Of a stretch of DNA of 64,000 nucleotides, positions 38,901-48,271 are shown one piece after another. This DNA is from a virus (lineage: Duplodnaviria; Caudoviricetes): IMG/VR virus record IMGVR_UViG_3300037249_001000, positions 1 to 64,000 of that record; one strand, written 5' to 3'. The notes under the pieces are model-generated. The model did not search any database and was not told the DNA's origin. It saw only the letters and a list, made by a program, of their open reading frames with translations. The position numbers were made by a program, and so were the translations under genes. Numbering within the stretch: the first letter of the stretch is position 1; each line of letters starts with the position of its first letter.

Positions 38901-40655
38901 TTAAATAGAAGCTAAGAAGAATAAAATTTCATCACTAATTTTATCATCACTATATACAATTTCTTTATCCAATAATTCAGGATTATGAAATTCTACATAT
39001 GTGTATTTTGTGTTAATTAATGATGATATTATCTTCATATCATAATTTGGTTTAATTACATTAAGATATTTATGATTATCTTCTTGTAATTTCTGGAACG
39101 TATATGATTCCTGAACTTTCTCAGTAAATTTGATATTTCGTATTACTCTTGTATTAATATGGTCAACACTATTGCCGCTTATAATATAAGGTAATGCCAT
39201 TGACCTAAGTTCGTCATCTTCTTCATCACTATAGCCTAATTCGTTAATAAGCTTTTTCTTTAAGATAAGCATTAATACTATATAATCTCTTCGTCTTAAA
39301 AGATTTAAATCACGATATGAACCAAAATACTTTGCAAAATAAGATAATACTAATTGAATCTGAATATCATCTGGATGATGATTCTTAATATAAAATTCAA
39401 TCTCTTCATCACTAATTACAGTATTATATCTTTTACAAAGATAATCTAATGTAATCGGAATATTAATATCTGCCATTATAGTGATACCTTCGTCAATTTT
39501 TGATAAGTTCATCATCATTTTATCTCCACCAGACAATCCATCTCCATTTTTTGCATTAGTTATTTCAGCAAGATTTTTCTCATATTGTTCTTTCAAGAAA
39601 TAAGTAAGTTGATATTTGATAATGGTTTTGTTAAAACCAATTATGTTATTATTGAATTTATACTTAATAACATTTTCACTTATCAATACACGTCTTACGA
39701 AATCTTGAATTTTTGAATATAAATCTATACCGAAAATTTCTTGTTGTTCAAATATCGGTGAATTATTGCTATATGACTCATTAACCTTTGTTTTTACATA
39801 AACATACAACTTATTATATAGATTATACTCTGCAATATAATTAGTACTACCTACATAAATATTACCATCTTCATATACCAATTTATTTATTACATCATTT
39901 GAAATACTGCACATTACTAATCTTTTATTATGAAAATCATATTTATCATAATATTCAGTTGCTGTATTATAAACGTAAAAATAATTACCATCATTTTCAA
40001 TATAAGCTTCATCTGTATGTTTTTCTACAAGACCAAATATATCAAATAAAGGTTTATAAAATCTATAAATATTATCCGAATCCTTTTCTAATTTAATAGA
40101 ATTGATTGCGTGATAATGTAACATACATGGAGCCATTAATTTCATTGCGAAAGATATTCTCAAAAGAATCTTAACATGCTGATTCGTAAACTCTAATGAT
40201 TCTAGATGTTTTCTATCATTCTTTTGATATTTCTTTTTCTTACTATCATTTCCCTCTATATCAAAAAGATAATTGTCATCAACTAACATATTAATCTTAT
40301 TAATAATAGTATCGGTAAATAATATTTCATACAAAAATGAAATGTAAGCTTCCATATTATTTTCTGTAAAACTTCGTTTTTCATCTGTTTCAAATTTTAT
40401 TTTCAAATATGCACTTATTAATTCATTATCTGAATCATAGCAGTTAATGAAATAATTAATATACTTTGTTATTAATTCTAAATTATTTATATACGATAGC
40501 TTCTGAATATAAAATTTATTATAACGCTCCAATTTAGGTTGCTGAAACACTCTGTCAAAATGACAGAGAAAAATTTTATTATCAGGTTCAACAATACATT
40601 GACTAGACTTTGGAGTCCATTTGTCAATTTTTAATAATTTGGATACTTTTCCCAT
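38901..40655 (-). CDS. Promoter-specificity (sigma-like) subunit of the non-virion RNA polymerase, AR9 gp226/phiKZ gp68-like
   Basis: Colinear similarity to AR9 gp226 as I recall it (HFDRVF, NKFYIQKLSY, LEFTNQHVKILLRISFAMKLMAP, NKLY, LSGGDKMMMNLSKIDEG, DEILFFLASI); two genes from the chaperonin as in AR9; early motif at 40715-40722. Confidence 0.75.
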   Translation of the reverse strand: MGKVSKLLKIDKWTPKSSQCIVEPDNKIFLCHFDRVFQQPKLERYNKFYIQKLSYINNLELITKYINYFINCYDSDNELISAYLKIKFETDEKRSFTENNMEAYISFLYEILFTDTIINKINMLVDDNYLFDIEGNDSKKKKYQKNDRKHLESLEFTNQHVKILLRISFAMKLMAPCMLHYHAINSIKLEKDSDNIYRFYKPLFDIFGLVEKHTDEAYIENDGNYFYVYNTATEYYDKYDFHNKRLVMCSISNDVINKLVYEDGNIYVGSTNYIAEYNLYNKLYVYVKTKVNESYSNNSPIFEQQEIFGIDLYSKIQDFVRRVLISENVIKYKFNNNIIGFNKTIIKYQLTYFLKEQYEKNLAEITNAKNGDGLSGGDKMMMNLSKIDEGITIMADINIPITLDYLCKRYNTVISDEEIEFYIKNHHPDDIQIQLVLSYFAKYFGSYRDLNLLRRRDYIVLMLILKKKLINELGYSDEEDDELRSMALPYIISGNSVDHINTRVIRNIKFTEKVQESYTFQKLQEDNHKYLNVIKPNYDMKIISSLINTKYTYVEFHNPELLDKEIVYSDDKISDEILFFLASI

Positions 40656-40737
40656 GACTAAAATACCTCTTTTCCATATTATTAAATAATCTATATTATT
40701 ATTTATCCTATTTTATAATATATAAATAATTCATGTA

Positions 40738-41529
40738 TCATGATTTTTTCGTAGACTTTCTAGCTCCTTTTCTAACAATACTGCGATGAGAACTAGTAGA
40801 TTTTTTGGCTACTATTTTTTCAACTCTATGAGATGACAATGATGACTTAGTAGGATGTTTTCTATGAACATCGTTTTTTCGTTTTTCTTCATGGTCTTTT
40901 AATTCTTTTTCTAATTTTTTTAATGAAGATTTAGAAAGATTCCTTAATTCTGTATTCAATGTTACTGTTTTAAAATCAGTAATTCCTTTAAAAAATACAT
41001 CTGGTTTTAATTTTCTTCCTATACCAATACCAACTTTATTAAGTACTCTAAATCGTCTTTCAGACAAATACCTACATGCATAGTAGATGGATTTATCAAA
41101 AGATAAATCCATCTCCTTTTCAATATTTTTAGGTAATTTATCAAAATACTCGGGATCTAATTTATCATATAAAAATTCAATTAAGTAATCATATTTTTTA
41201 TATAGTACTGCATATTTATAAATAAATCCAGGACTATTTGAAAAAAATTGGATATAATAATCCCGTATATGAGCTGATTTTAATAACTCTGGATTATCAG
41301 TAAAAAATCTAATAACAACATCGTGGTACACATTATCAGATTTCTGACTTTTAGATGGTATTTTTACATGGAAAAAATATGAGTCTTCCACAATAGTATA
41401 TGCAACAAGTTTAATTTTATCTCTTTCTTTTTCATAAAGGACATCTAATTCTCTTGCTTTTGGAATATTACTATTATGCATACCAAATGGATTAAAAAGA
41501 AACTGGTCTAACGTTTGGTATTTACTCAT
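40738..41529 (-). CDS. Conserved hypothetical protein with basic C-terminal tail
   Basis: 263 aa, between the sigma-like gene and the chaperonin. Confidence 0.75.
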   Translation of the reverse strand: MSKYQTLDQFLFNPFGMHNSNIPKARELDVLYEKERDKIKLVAYTIVEDSYFFHVKIPSKSQKSDNVYHDVVIRFFTDNPELLKSAHIRDYYIQFFSNSPGFIYKYAVLYKKYDYLIEFLYDKLDPEYFDKLPKNIEKEMDLSFDKSIYYACRYLSERRFRVLNKVGIGIGRKLKPDVFFKGITDFKTVTLNTELRNLSKSSLKKLEKELKDHEEKRKNDVHRKHPTKSSLSSHRVEKIVAKKSTSSHRSIVRKGARKSTKKS

Positions 41530-41546
41530 AATATTGTTCCCCTTTA

Positions 41547-43532
41547 TTATTCAAAATTATGCTTTTGTGTAATAACCATTTGATTTCCTGAAATAAGAAG
41601 ACCAATCAGGTCAATAGTTGCAATTAATATTTCTTCATCAGTTTTTGATGAATTAATTACAACTGATACAAACTCTCTTGTTGAAACATCAAATACTTTA
41701 CCTGTACGAACAGAATGATCAATTATTATATCATGCATCGAATACGTATTTTCGTCAATTACATCTTCTTTATCTAATTCTAATACAGGTTTATCAAAGA
41801 ATTCATTAATTTCATAAAGATGATGTATCTCTTTATCATCAAATGCATTACTTAAAACAGTTTTATACACATCAGTAAAACCATCATATAATATATTCAA
41901 TAATGTAGAATAAATTGATACTGATCTCTCATCAAGGTCCGGTGATATAATACATTCAACCAATGTATCTTGAATAGCTTTCATCATATCAACATTACAT
42001 CCATTAACAACGCCATTATCAAATGCTGATGAAGCGGCTTTAATAGCATCGTCCACAGCATCTTTTAAAAGCTTTTGAGACAATTCACTATCTCCACCAA
42101 CTTCGATAACACCCATCTTTAACTTCAAAGCGTAATATCTCTGAAATGCCTGATTTACTACAAGATTGAATGTACCAAGTTTCTTATACTTTTCTTCGGT
42201 TTCTTTAAGTATCGATTCAGCATCTTTTAAAGTTGCATTATACATTTTTTCATCATAATAAAAATCTGTAAACAATGATTTTTTCAAACCAATAGAACCA
42301 TTTCCAACATAACCTAATCTAATAGCATTTGGTGAAAGAGGTAATCTTTCAATATCATCAGTTTTTTTATCATTAGCAAATCTTACGGGATTTGAATCTT
42401 TGATACCTATACAAATTAAATTAGGAATATCTGTACGATTATCAATATTAAATATATTGGTTATTGGTTCATGATTTTCAATTTCTTCATAAATAGAAGA
42501 AAGTAGAGTTCTATCAATAATCAATGTATTACACAACATTGCAAAGTCTGAAGCTAACTTTCTTGTATGTTCCGACAGTGCTTTATACGTACAAAGTACT
42601 AGATTAATTTCTTTTGTAGATTTATATTCTGCAAGTAAATCACGTCTAATTGTTTGACCTAATGCTGTTTCATCATAAGATGAAGCACAAACAATAAGTT
42701 TTCTTCCTCTCATTCTTGATTGTTCATTGAGAGGTTTGAGAATTTTTTCATATATTTCTTTTGTAATTTTTACAGAGAAGAATATAATATCTGCATTACT
42801 AACATTCATTGTGTTATCATCTGAATTAATATACAATTTATCATTTAACACAAGATCAAATTGATAACCTGAAATAATCCTTTTCTTAGTAATACCATCA
42901 GGTGCAAGTTCACAAGTAATTCCCGGAAACTGCAGTTCTTTATACATATCAGCAATGTATGATGAAATAAGTTGGTCACCGTTAGATGAAATATATACGA
43001 TCTTGTATATATTATCATATAATTCTTCAGGATTATTTGAATTAATACTTTTTACATATTTGTGTAAATTATTAATAATTCTATTTTTAATATTATTATA
43101 AATTTGAATGATATCTCTTGGCATAATAAACTTCTTTTGAAGTTCTTCCTTATGCTTGAGATAATTCTGATAAATGCTATTTGTAGCAATTACAGCAGAT
43201 GTTGTTCCATCACCTACACTATAATTAAGTCTACCACAAATATCAGAAGCCATATTAGCAATAGCTTGGTCTACCAATTGTTCTGAAGCATCCATCGAAA
43301 GATTCTTCATAATAGTAAAGCCATCTTTTGTTACATGCGAATATGGATAATTATATATTAAAGTAGGAGCACCATACGGTCCGAATGATTTAGCCAACGT
43401 ACTCCATAAAAGTTTAAATACTTTTGATACTCTTTCTTCATACATTTCTTTTGAAATAACATTTAACCTAGGTTCTTTCTTAAAAAGAACCTCTTCATCA
43501 TTTTTCATGCGTTCATTTAAAATTTCACTCAT
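41547..43532 (-). CDS. groEL: Phage chaperonin (GroEL/Cpn60-like)
   Basis: SFGPYG, VTKDGFT, VGDGTTSA, ISSNGD, VGG..E..KD..DDA..A, GVVNG. Confidence 0.92.
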   Translation of the reverse strand: MSEILNERMKNDEEVLFKKEPRLNVISKEMYEERVSKVFKLLWSTLAKSFGPYGAPTLIYNYPYSHVTKDGFTIMKNLSMDASEQLVDQAIANMASDICGRLNYSVGDGTTSAVIATNSIYQNYLKHKEELQKKFIMPRDIIQIYNNIKNRIINNLHKYVKSINSNNPEELYDNIYKIVYISSNGDQLISSYIADMYKELQFPGITCELAPDGITKKRIISGYQFDLVLNDKLYINSDDNTMNVSNADIIFFSVKITKEIYEKILKPLNEQSRMRGRKLIVCASSYDETALGQTIRRDLLAEYKSTKEINLVLCTYKALSEHTRKLASDFAMLCNTLIIDRTLLSSIYEEIENHEPITNIFNIDNRTDIPNLICIGIKDSNPVRFANDKKTDDIERLPLSPNAIRLGYVGNGSIGLKKSLFTDFYYDEKMYNATLKDAESILKETEEKYKKLGTFNLVVNQAFQRYYALKLKMGVIEVGGDSELSQKLLKDAVDDAIKAASSAFDNGVVNGCNVDMMKAIQDTLVECIISPDLDERSVSIYSTLLNILYDGFTDVYKTVLSNAFDDKEIHHLYEINEFFDKPVLELDKEDVIDENTYSMHDIIIDHSVRTGKVFDVSTREFVSVVINSSKTDEEILIATIDLIGLLISGNQMVITQKHNFE

Positions 43533-43571
43533 AGTTGTTATCCTCCTTAATTTTTAATAAATAAAACAACT

Positions 43572-43583
43572 TAGAAATTTGTT
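43572..43583 (-). promoter_or_regulatory. Late promoter AACA-N6-TA
   Basis: TA gaaatt TGTT on +, upstream of the chaperonin. Confidence 0.7.
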
Positions 43584-43584
43584 G

Positions 43585-44397
43585 TTAGGATTTTTGATTT
43601 CTATTTGATATCTGTTGATATCTTTCCTCTGCCTTAAATGAATCAAAATTATCAAAAAATGAACACTTAAAAACCGTGTCATTAGCTAATGCTTTTACAT
43701 CTACCTTTAATTTAGATTTATCATGAAGTTCATAATTATATCTAAGTCCATTAGCAATTAAAATTGATGACATATATAATTTATTTGCTTCTTTTATTTT
43801 ATTTACTTTTTCAATATCAGATAAAACATATGTTGAATCATTGGGAATATTTTTTATAATATTTGAAAAATCACCATAAACATATTCAACCTTTCCAGCA
43901 TGTGATGAAAATTTTAGCATGTCATCAATAAACCATTTAATACCAGGTTCATTATATTCACTATAAATCATAATACGTTTAACCATACCTGGACTATCAC
44001 TCAATAATATATTAAGACTTTTATAAAAAATTAATTTTGTATCTGCCATATATAATTCTTTATTATCACGTACGCAATTATAAAGAAATTTATTATACCA
44101 TTCGTCATTTGGTTCACCCATATTTTTATATGCTTCATCTTGTAATCCCATACTTTTAAATATATTTCTATGTTTTCTATACACATACCATTCAACCATA
44201 TTTTGTACAGAATATGAAGATATGTTATCAATTTTAAAAATTTCATTAAGTTTTTTATTATTTTTCAATATATAAGTTAAAATAAACCATGGCATTTCAA
44301 TAACATCATGAAATTCAATAAATAAACATTGAGAATTATAAAATAACGTATCCGTACTACTATGGTATATCATATCTGCTTTTACATTATCAGCCAT
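43585..44397 (-). CDS. Hypothetical protein
   Basis: 270-aa ORF with RBS aaggag. Confidence 0.75.
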   Translation of the reverse strand: MADNVKADMIYHSSTDTLFYNSQCLFIEFHDVIEMPWFILTYILKNNKKLNEIFKIDNISSYSVQNMVEWYVYRKHRNIFKSMGLQDEAYKNMGEPNDEWYNKFLYNCVRDNKELYMADTKLIFYKSLNILLSDSPGMVKRIMIYSEYNEPGIKWFIDDMLKFSSHAGKVEYVYGDFSNIIKNIPNDSTYVLSDIEKVNKIKEANKLYMSSILIANGLRYNYELHDKSKLKVDVKALANDTVFKCSFFDNFDSFKAEERYQQISNRNQKS

Positions 44398-44463
44398 TAG
44401 TATCTCTCCTTTATAAAAAAATTAAGAGACTGATTTTCTAAAATCAGTCTCCCATTTAATTGA

Positions 44464-45159
44464 TTAGTCAAATGGAAGAAAATCTTCCATACTATTTACA
44501 TTGGTTGTATTTGCTTGAAAATTTTGTTGTGGTGTTGAATTTTGATAATTTTGATTTGTTCTCTGATATGCTGCTTTAACCATATCATTATATTTAACTG
44601 AATGTGCAATTACAGGACTTAAATCTTTTATAGCGTATACCTTATTCATGAAATTAATAAGATCTGTTTCAACTACTACTTCTTCTGCTGAACCTGTACT
44701 TGACACATAGTTGGTGAGGTATTGCCTTTTATTGAATGTATGTTTAATAACATTACTTGCAACACCAGTTTCATTAATACCTATTGCAATTGATAAGTAT
44801 GCTATACCATCTTCATATCCTACTGTTAAAATTTTTCTTGCATCCCCGTTATCAGCACTAATAACAATAGAAACAGATCCATTGTCTTTTACACCATTAA
44901 TTGCAGGAAGTACTTCTTTTTCAAATCCAGTAATAAGAGCAATAGCATTTTCGGGTGTAATAGATGTACTTATAATTTGCGATCTATCTTCAGCATATTG
45001 TCTAAGACCGTTTGCATCTTTACCAACACACGGTTTCAAGTTAATTGACAGTTGCTTATTCCATGCACCAGCATTAAGCTGAGCAGTCTCTGAATACGAT
45101 GTATATAAACTCGTATTCAAATTAATCTCCTGACGTGAATTGTTTGATCTAAAAAACAT
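44464..45159 (-). CDS. Putative single-stranded DNA-binding protein
   Basis: beta-rich core, Q/N-rich linker and SSB-like acidic tip MEDFLPFD; early motif at 45203-45210; RBS aaggagg. Confidence 0.55.
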   Translation of the reverse strand: MFFRSNNSRQEINLNTSLYTSYSETAQLNAGAWNKQLSINLKPCVGKDANGLRQYAEDRSQIISTSITPENAIALITGFEKEVLPAINGVKDNGSVSIVISADNGDARKILTVGYEDGIAYLSIAIGINETGVASNVIKHTFNKRQYLTNYVSSTGSAEEVVVETDLINFMNKVYAIKDLSPVIAHSVKYNDMVKAAYQRTNQNYQNSTPQQNFQANTTNVNSMEDFLPFD

Positions 45160-45226
45160 ATTTTTGTCCTCCTTATTTACAAAGAATATTATTATCAAAT
45201 TTATAATATATAAATAATTTTATCTT

Positions 45227-46027
45227 TTAATTGACACTTTCGTCAATAGTTTCTTCTTCCGGATTATTTTTTATTTCTGATTTTCTTTTTGGGTATTTCT
45301 TTAATATTTTATTTCTCACTTTACTCTCAATCTCATTTTTAAAATCTTTATTAATCATTTTTTTATACAATGGAACAAAATTTCCAGTTAATACGAATGA
45401 ATCAAATTTTTCTCTCACATATTGTAAATCCAATTGAGCATTATTATTATTTGATTCACATAAATCAAAAAATTCATCTATTGTATAATCTAACGATAAA
45501 ACGTAATTAACTATATTTGCCAAATTTGATAGTACTAATACATCGTACTCATCATTTATCTCAGATTTAAAATTTAAATAAATAACATCTTTCTTTTTAT
45601 CACAAATAGATGTTATTTCATCTTTTCTTGTATCTATAATATTACATACTATATTTACAAAATTTTTCTTTATATCATTTATAAAAAATTTATAGGTAAA
45701 ATGAATTAATTCATGCTGATTATCTTCATTATAATCGTCAATATTATCAATACCTATTTGTAGATAATTATAAAACATTTTCTCCATAAATTCTATAAAA
45801 TCTGTTTGTAAACTATCTAATTCAGCTTGCTCATATTCATACATATTTCTTACTGAAAATTCATATTTATTAATAAAGCTTTTCACATAATCGGTTTTAC
45901 GATATTCTAATGGGTCATTAAATTGAGATTTAATAGCCTCTTCTAATAGGTTTAATGGAATGGCGGATAGAAATAATTCATTTTCTATTTCATCACTTTC
46001 ATCGTAAAAAATATTGTTTACGTTCAT
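45227..46027 (-). CDS. Hypothetical acidic protein
   Basis: 266-aa ORF with RBS. Confidence 0.75.
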   Translation of the reverse strand: MNVNNIFYDESDEIENELFLSAIPLNLLEEAIKSQFNDPLEYRKTDYVKSFINKYEFSVRNMYEYEQAELDSLQTDFIEFMEKMFYNYLQIGIDNIDDYNEDNQHELIHFTYKFFINDIKKNFVNIVCNIIDTRKDEITSICDKKKDVIYLNFKSEINDEYDVLVLSNLANIVNYVLSLDYTIDEFFDLCESNNNNAQLDLQYVREKFDSFVLTGNFVPLYKKMINKDFKNEIESKVRNKILKKYPKRKSEIKNNPEEETIDESVN

Positions 46028-46091
46028 TTTTTATTTTTCTCCCCTCTATATAATAATGAAAGTGTGGATGGGTTTTGGTTTTTGATTATTT

Positions 46092-47186
46092 CTATTTTAT
46101 ATTTTTATATAGTTTATTGATAATATCTTTTTCTTCAGAATGGTTGTTTAAATAATTTTCCAAAGAAATATTACCATCTTGTAATAAATAAAACATCATA
46201 TGATTACAATGATTGAATAGACTACAGATTTCTTTATGAACATCCATGTTTTCAGAAGCATAAACATTATAGACTATTATCTCACATATAGTTTTATATG
46301 TTGCTATGAAAAATCTGAAACACTTTTCACCATCAAGATATCTATCAGTATCTAAGATTTCATATGTTTTATATATTAAAGAATCAAATTCTTTCTTACT
46401 TTCATTCGATAAGTTAAACTCATATTCAAATATAATATCTTTCATTTTATAAAATACAGGATTTAGTAACTTATTTAACATTCGGTCTATTTGAATCTGA
46501 CGTCTAATTGTTAAATCGTTAGATAATACTAAATATGGTGGTTCTTTACGCATTTCATTAATTTCTTTAATATCAGGTTTTAAGTAAGAAAATTCTTTAA
46601 TTTCACTAATAGTTTCCAATAATCTAATTTTTGTTTCTATAATTTGAAATATGTTGTTTTTATATTCGTCTGGTAAATTTAATTGACCACTTATATTAAT
46701 AGCTTCATATTTCTTAAATATTTCGTGAGCTTTTTTATCACGGTCTTCTTTTTCTTTATTACTAATACTATAATTTATATCTTGTCTAAATGTCTTAATA
46801 TCATTAAGTGTAGCAGTAAGTTCATCATCATGATCTGTTTTACAAATTTTTTCAATTAATGATCTAAAATACATTATTGCATCATATTTTTTTTCTTTAT
46901 TTAAATTACTACGTGTAATATAATCAATTTCATCGACTATATCAATTTGATTAATATGATATAATTTTTTAGACAAAAATGTAGTTCTTCTACGTAATTC
47001 TTTATTTTCATCAGTTTTAAGTCTTATTTCATTATCTAAGTTTTCTTTTAATGTTAAAAACCTGTCATCTTGTTCATCAAATAACTCACACGCTTTATTT
47101 TTTTCATATCGTTTTGTTAATTCATGTGAAGCTAGTGCAATCAACGATGATGAAATTACACCAAATAAAATATTTTTATAACCCAT
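46092..47186 (-). CDS. N-terminally anchored coiled-coil protein
   Basis: ILFGVISSSLIALA followed by a coiled coil; RBS aggagg. Confidence 0.7.
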   Translation of the reverse strand: MGYKNILFGVISSSLIALASHELTKRYEKNKACELFDEQDDRFLTLKENLDNEIRLKTDENKELRRRTTFLSKKLYHINQIDIVDEIDYITRSNLNKEKKYDAIMYFRSLIEKICKTDHDDELTATLNDIKTFRQDINYSISNKEKEDRDKKAHEIFKKYEAINISGQLNLPDEYKNNIFQIIETKIRLLETISEIKEFSYLKPDIKEINEMRKEPPYLVLSNDLTIRRQIQIDRMLNKLLNPVFYKMKDIIFEYEFNLSNESKKEFDSLIYKTYEILDTDRYLDGEKCFRFFIATYKTICEIIVYNVYASENMDVHKEICSLFNHCNHMMFYLLQDGNISLENYLNNHSEEKDIINKLYKNIK

Positions 47187-47222
47187 ATATTTTCCTCCTT
47201 TTTCTATCCCTATGTAATTATT

Positions 47223-47666
47223 TTAATGAAATCTGGGCTTTGAATTATAGTTTTCATTAATATCAAGTTGACAATCATCTGAATTTCTATTCAGTATTTC
47301 TTTAACATCATCATCAGTACAATGAGTTGTATAACAATTGCATCCACATTCATCACAGCAACCATTACTACATTTAGATTTAGGTTTTTTATTATTAAAA
47401 GAACCCCTCTTATAATATCTACACTTTCTATTATCACATTTTGTTAATCTAATACATACTTCATTATTACTATTTAATACTTTATCTAAATCATTTAATC
47501 CAGGAATACGCATACTAGGGTCATTCTTAAATGTTTCAAAATGTCCACAATTACAACATGTTATTGTAAATAATTTATGATCTATTTTTTTAAATAATTT
47601 ATTTCTTGCACCACAAACGTTGCATTTATATATAACAATTTCATGTCTAGCAAATTCTCTACTCAT
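47223..47666 (-). CDS. Cys-rich zinc-ribbon protein
   Basis: CNVC, CCNCG, C..C..C and CSNGCCDECGCNCYTTHC; late promoter at 47694-47705. Confidence 0.7.
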   Translation of the reverse strand: MSREFARHEIVIYKCNVCGARNKLFKKIDHKLFTITCCNCGHFETFKNDPSMRIPGLNDLDKVLNSNNEVCIRLTKCDNRKCRYYKRGSFNNKKPKSKCSNGCCDECGCNCYTTHCTDDDVKEILNRNSDDCQLDINENYNSKPRFH

Positions 47667-47768
47667 ACATATCTTCCTTTCAAAATAGTGTTTTATAGCA
47701 ATGTTTTTTGGGGTTATTATAACAAAAAAAAGAGTGTAATATAATTTTTATATTACACTCCACACTTA

Positions 47769-48155
47769 TTAACAGTATTCTTTTATACCATATCTCATAT
47801 ATGTATACGAGATAAGCTTTCGTACTTCGTCATCAAGATCTTTCAAAGTTTTGACTGTGATTCCAGCTGTTTGAAATCTCATAATATGACTGATTGTTAA
47901 TGTTGTATTAAATCCTTGTTTAATGTCGTAGTCGTTATCATCAACAATCATAAGAATTCTATTACTTTGTGATATAATGACTGGACTAAGAGTTATATCA
48001 AAATCTTGTCTCATTTTCTTAAGACATGCCATGGATTCTGATAAACTTTTAAATTGTTGTTTATACCGTGTAACAATTGTTACACTTGCTGTGACCGATA
48101 TTGTTGCAGCGGTCACAGCAGTTGACAGTGTAAATGCTAAGGTTTTTTTATTCAT
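47769..48155 (-). CDS. Small N-anchored early protein
   Basis: KKTLAFTLSTAVTAATISVTASVTIV. Confidence 0.7.
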   Translation of the reverse strand: MNKKTLAFTLSTAVTAATISVTASVTIVTRYKQQFKSLSESMACLKKMRQDFDITLSPVIISQSNRILMIVDDNDYDIKQGFNTTLTISHIMRFQTAGITVKTLKDLDDEVRKLISYTYMRYGIKEYC

Positions 48156-48271
48156 GTGTACATCCTCTCTTCAAAATAATTATTTTAAATTAAAGATAAG
48201 AAAAATTTTCTTCCTATCTTTAAAATAGTAACTAATATATATGCTTCTATAAAATTATAAAAAATCATAGT

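Noticed and set aside
39826-40034. Insertion in the sigma-like subunit as an intein or intron
   Set aside because: No C/S start or HN end, no homing-endonuclease motif, and the frame is uninterrupted
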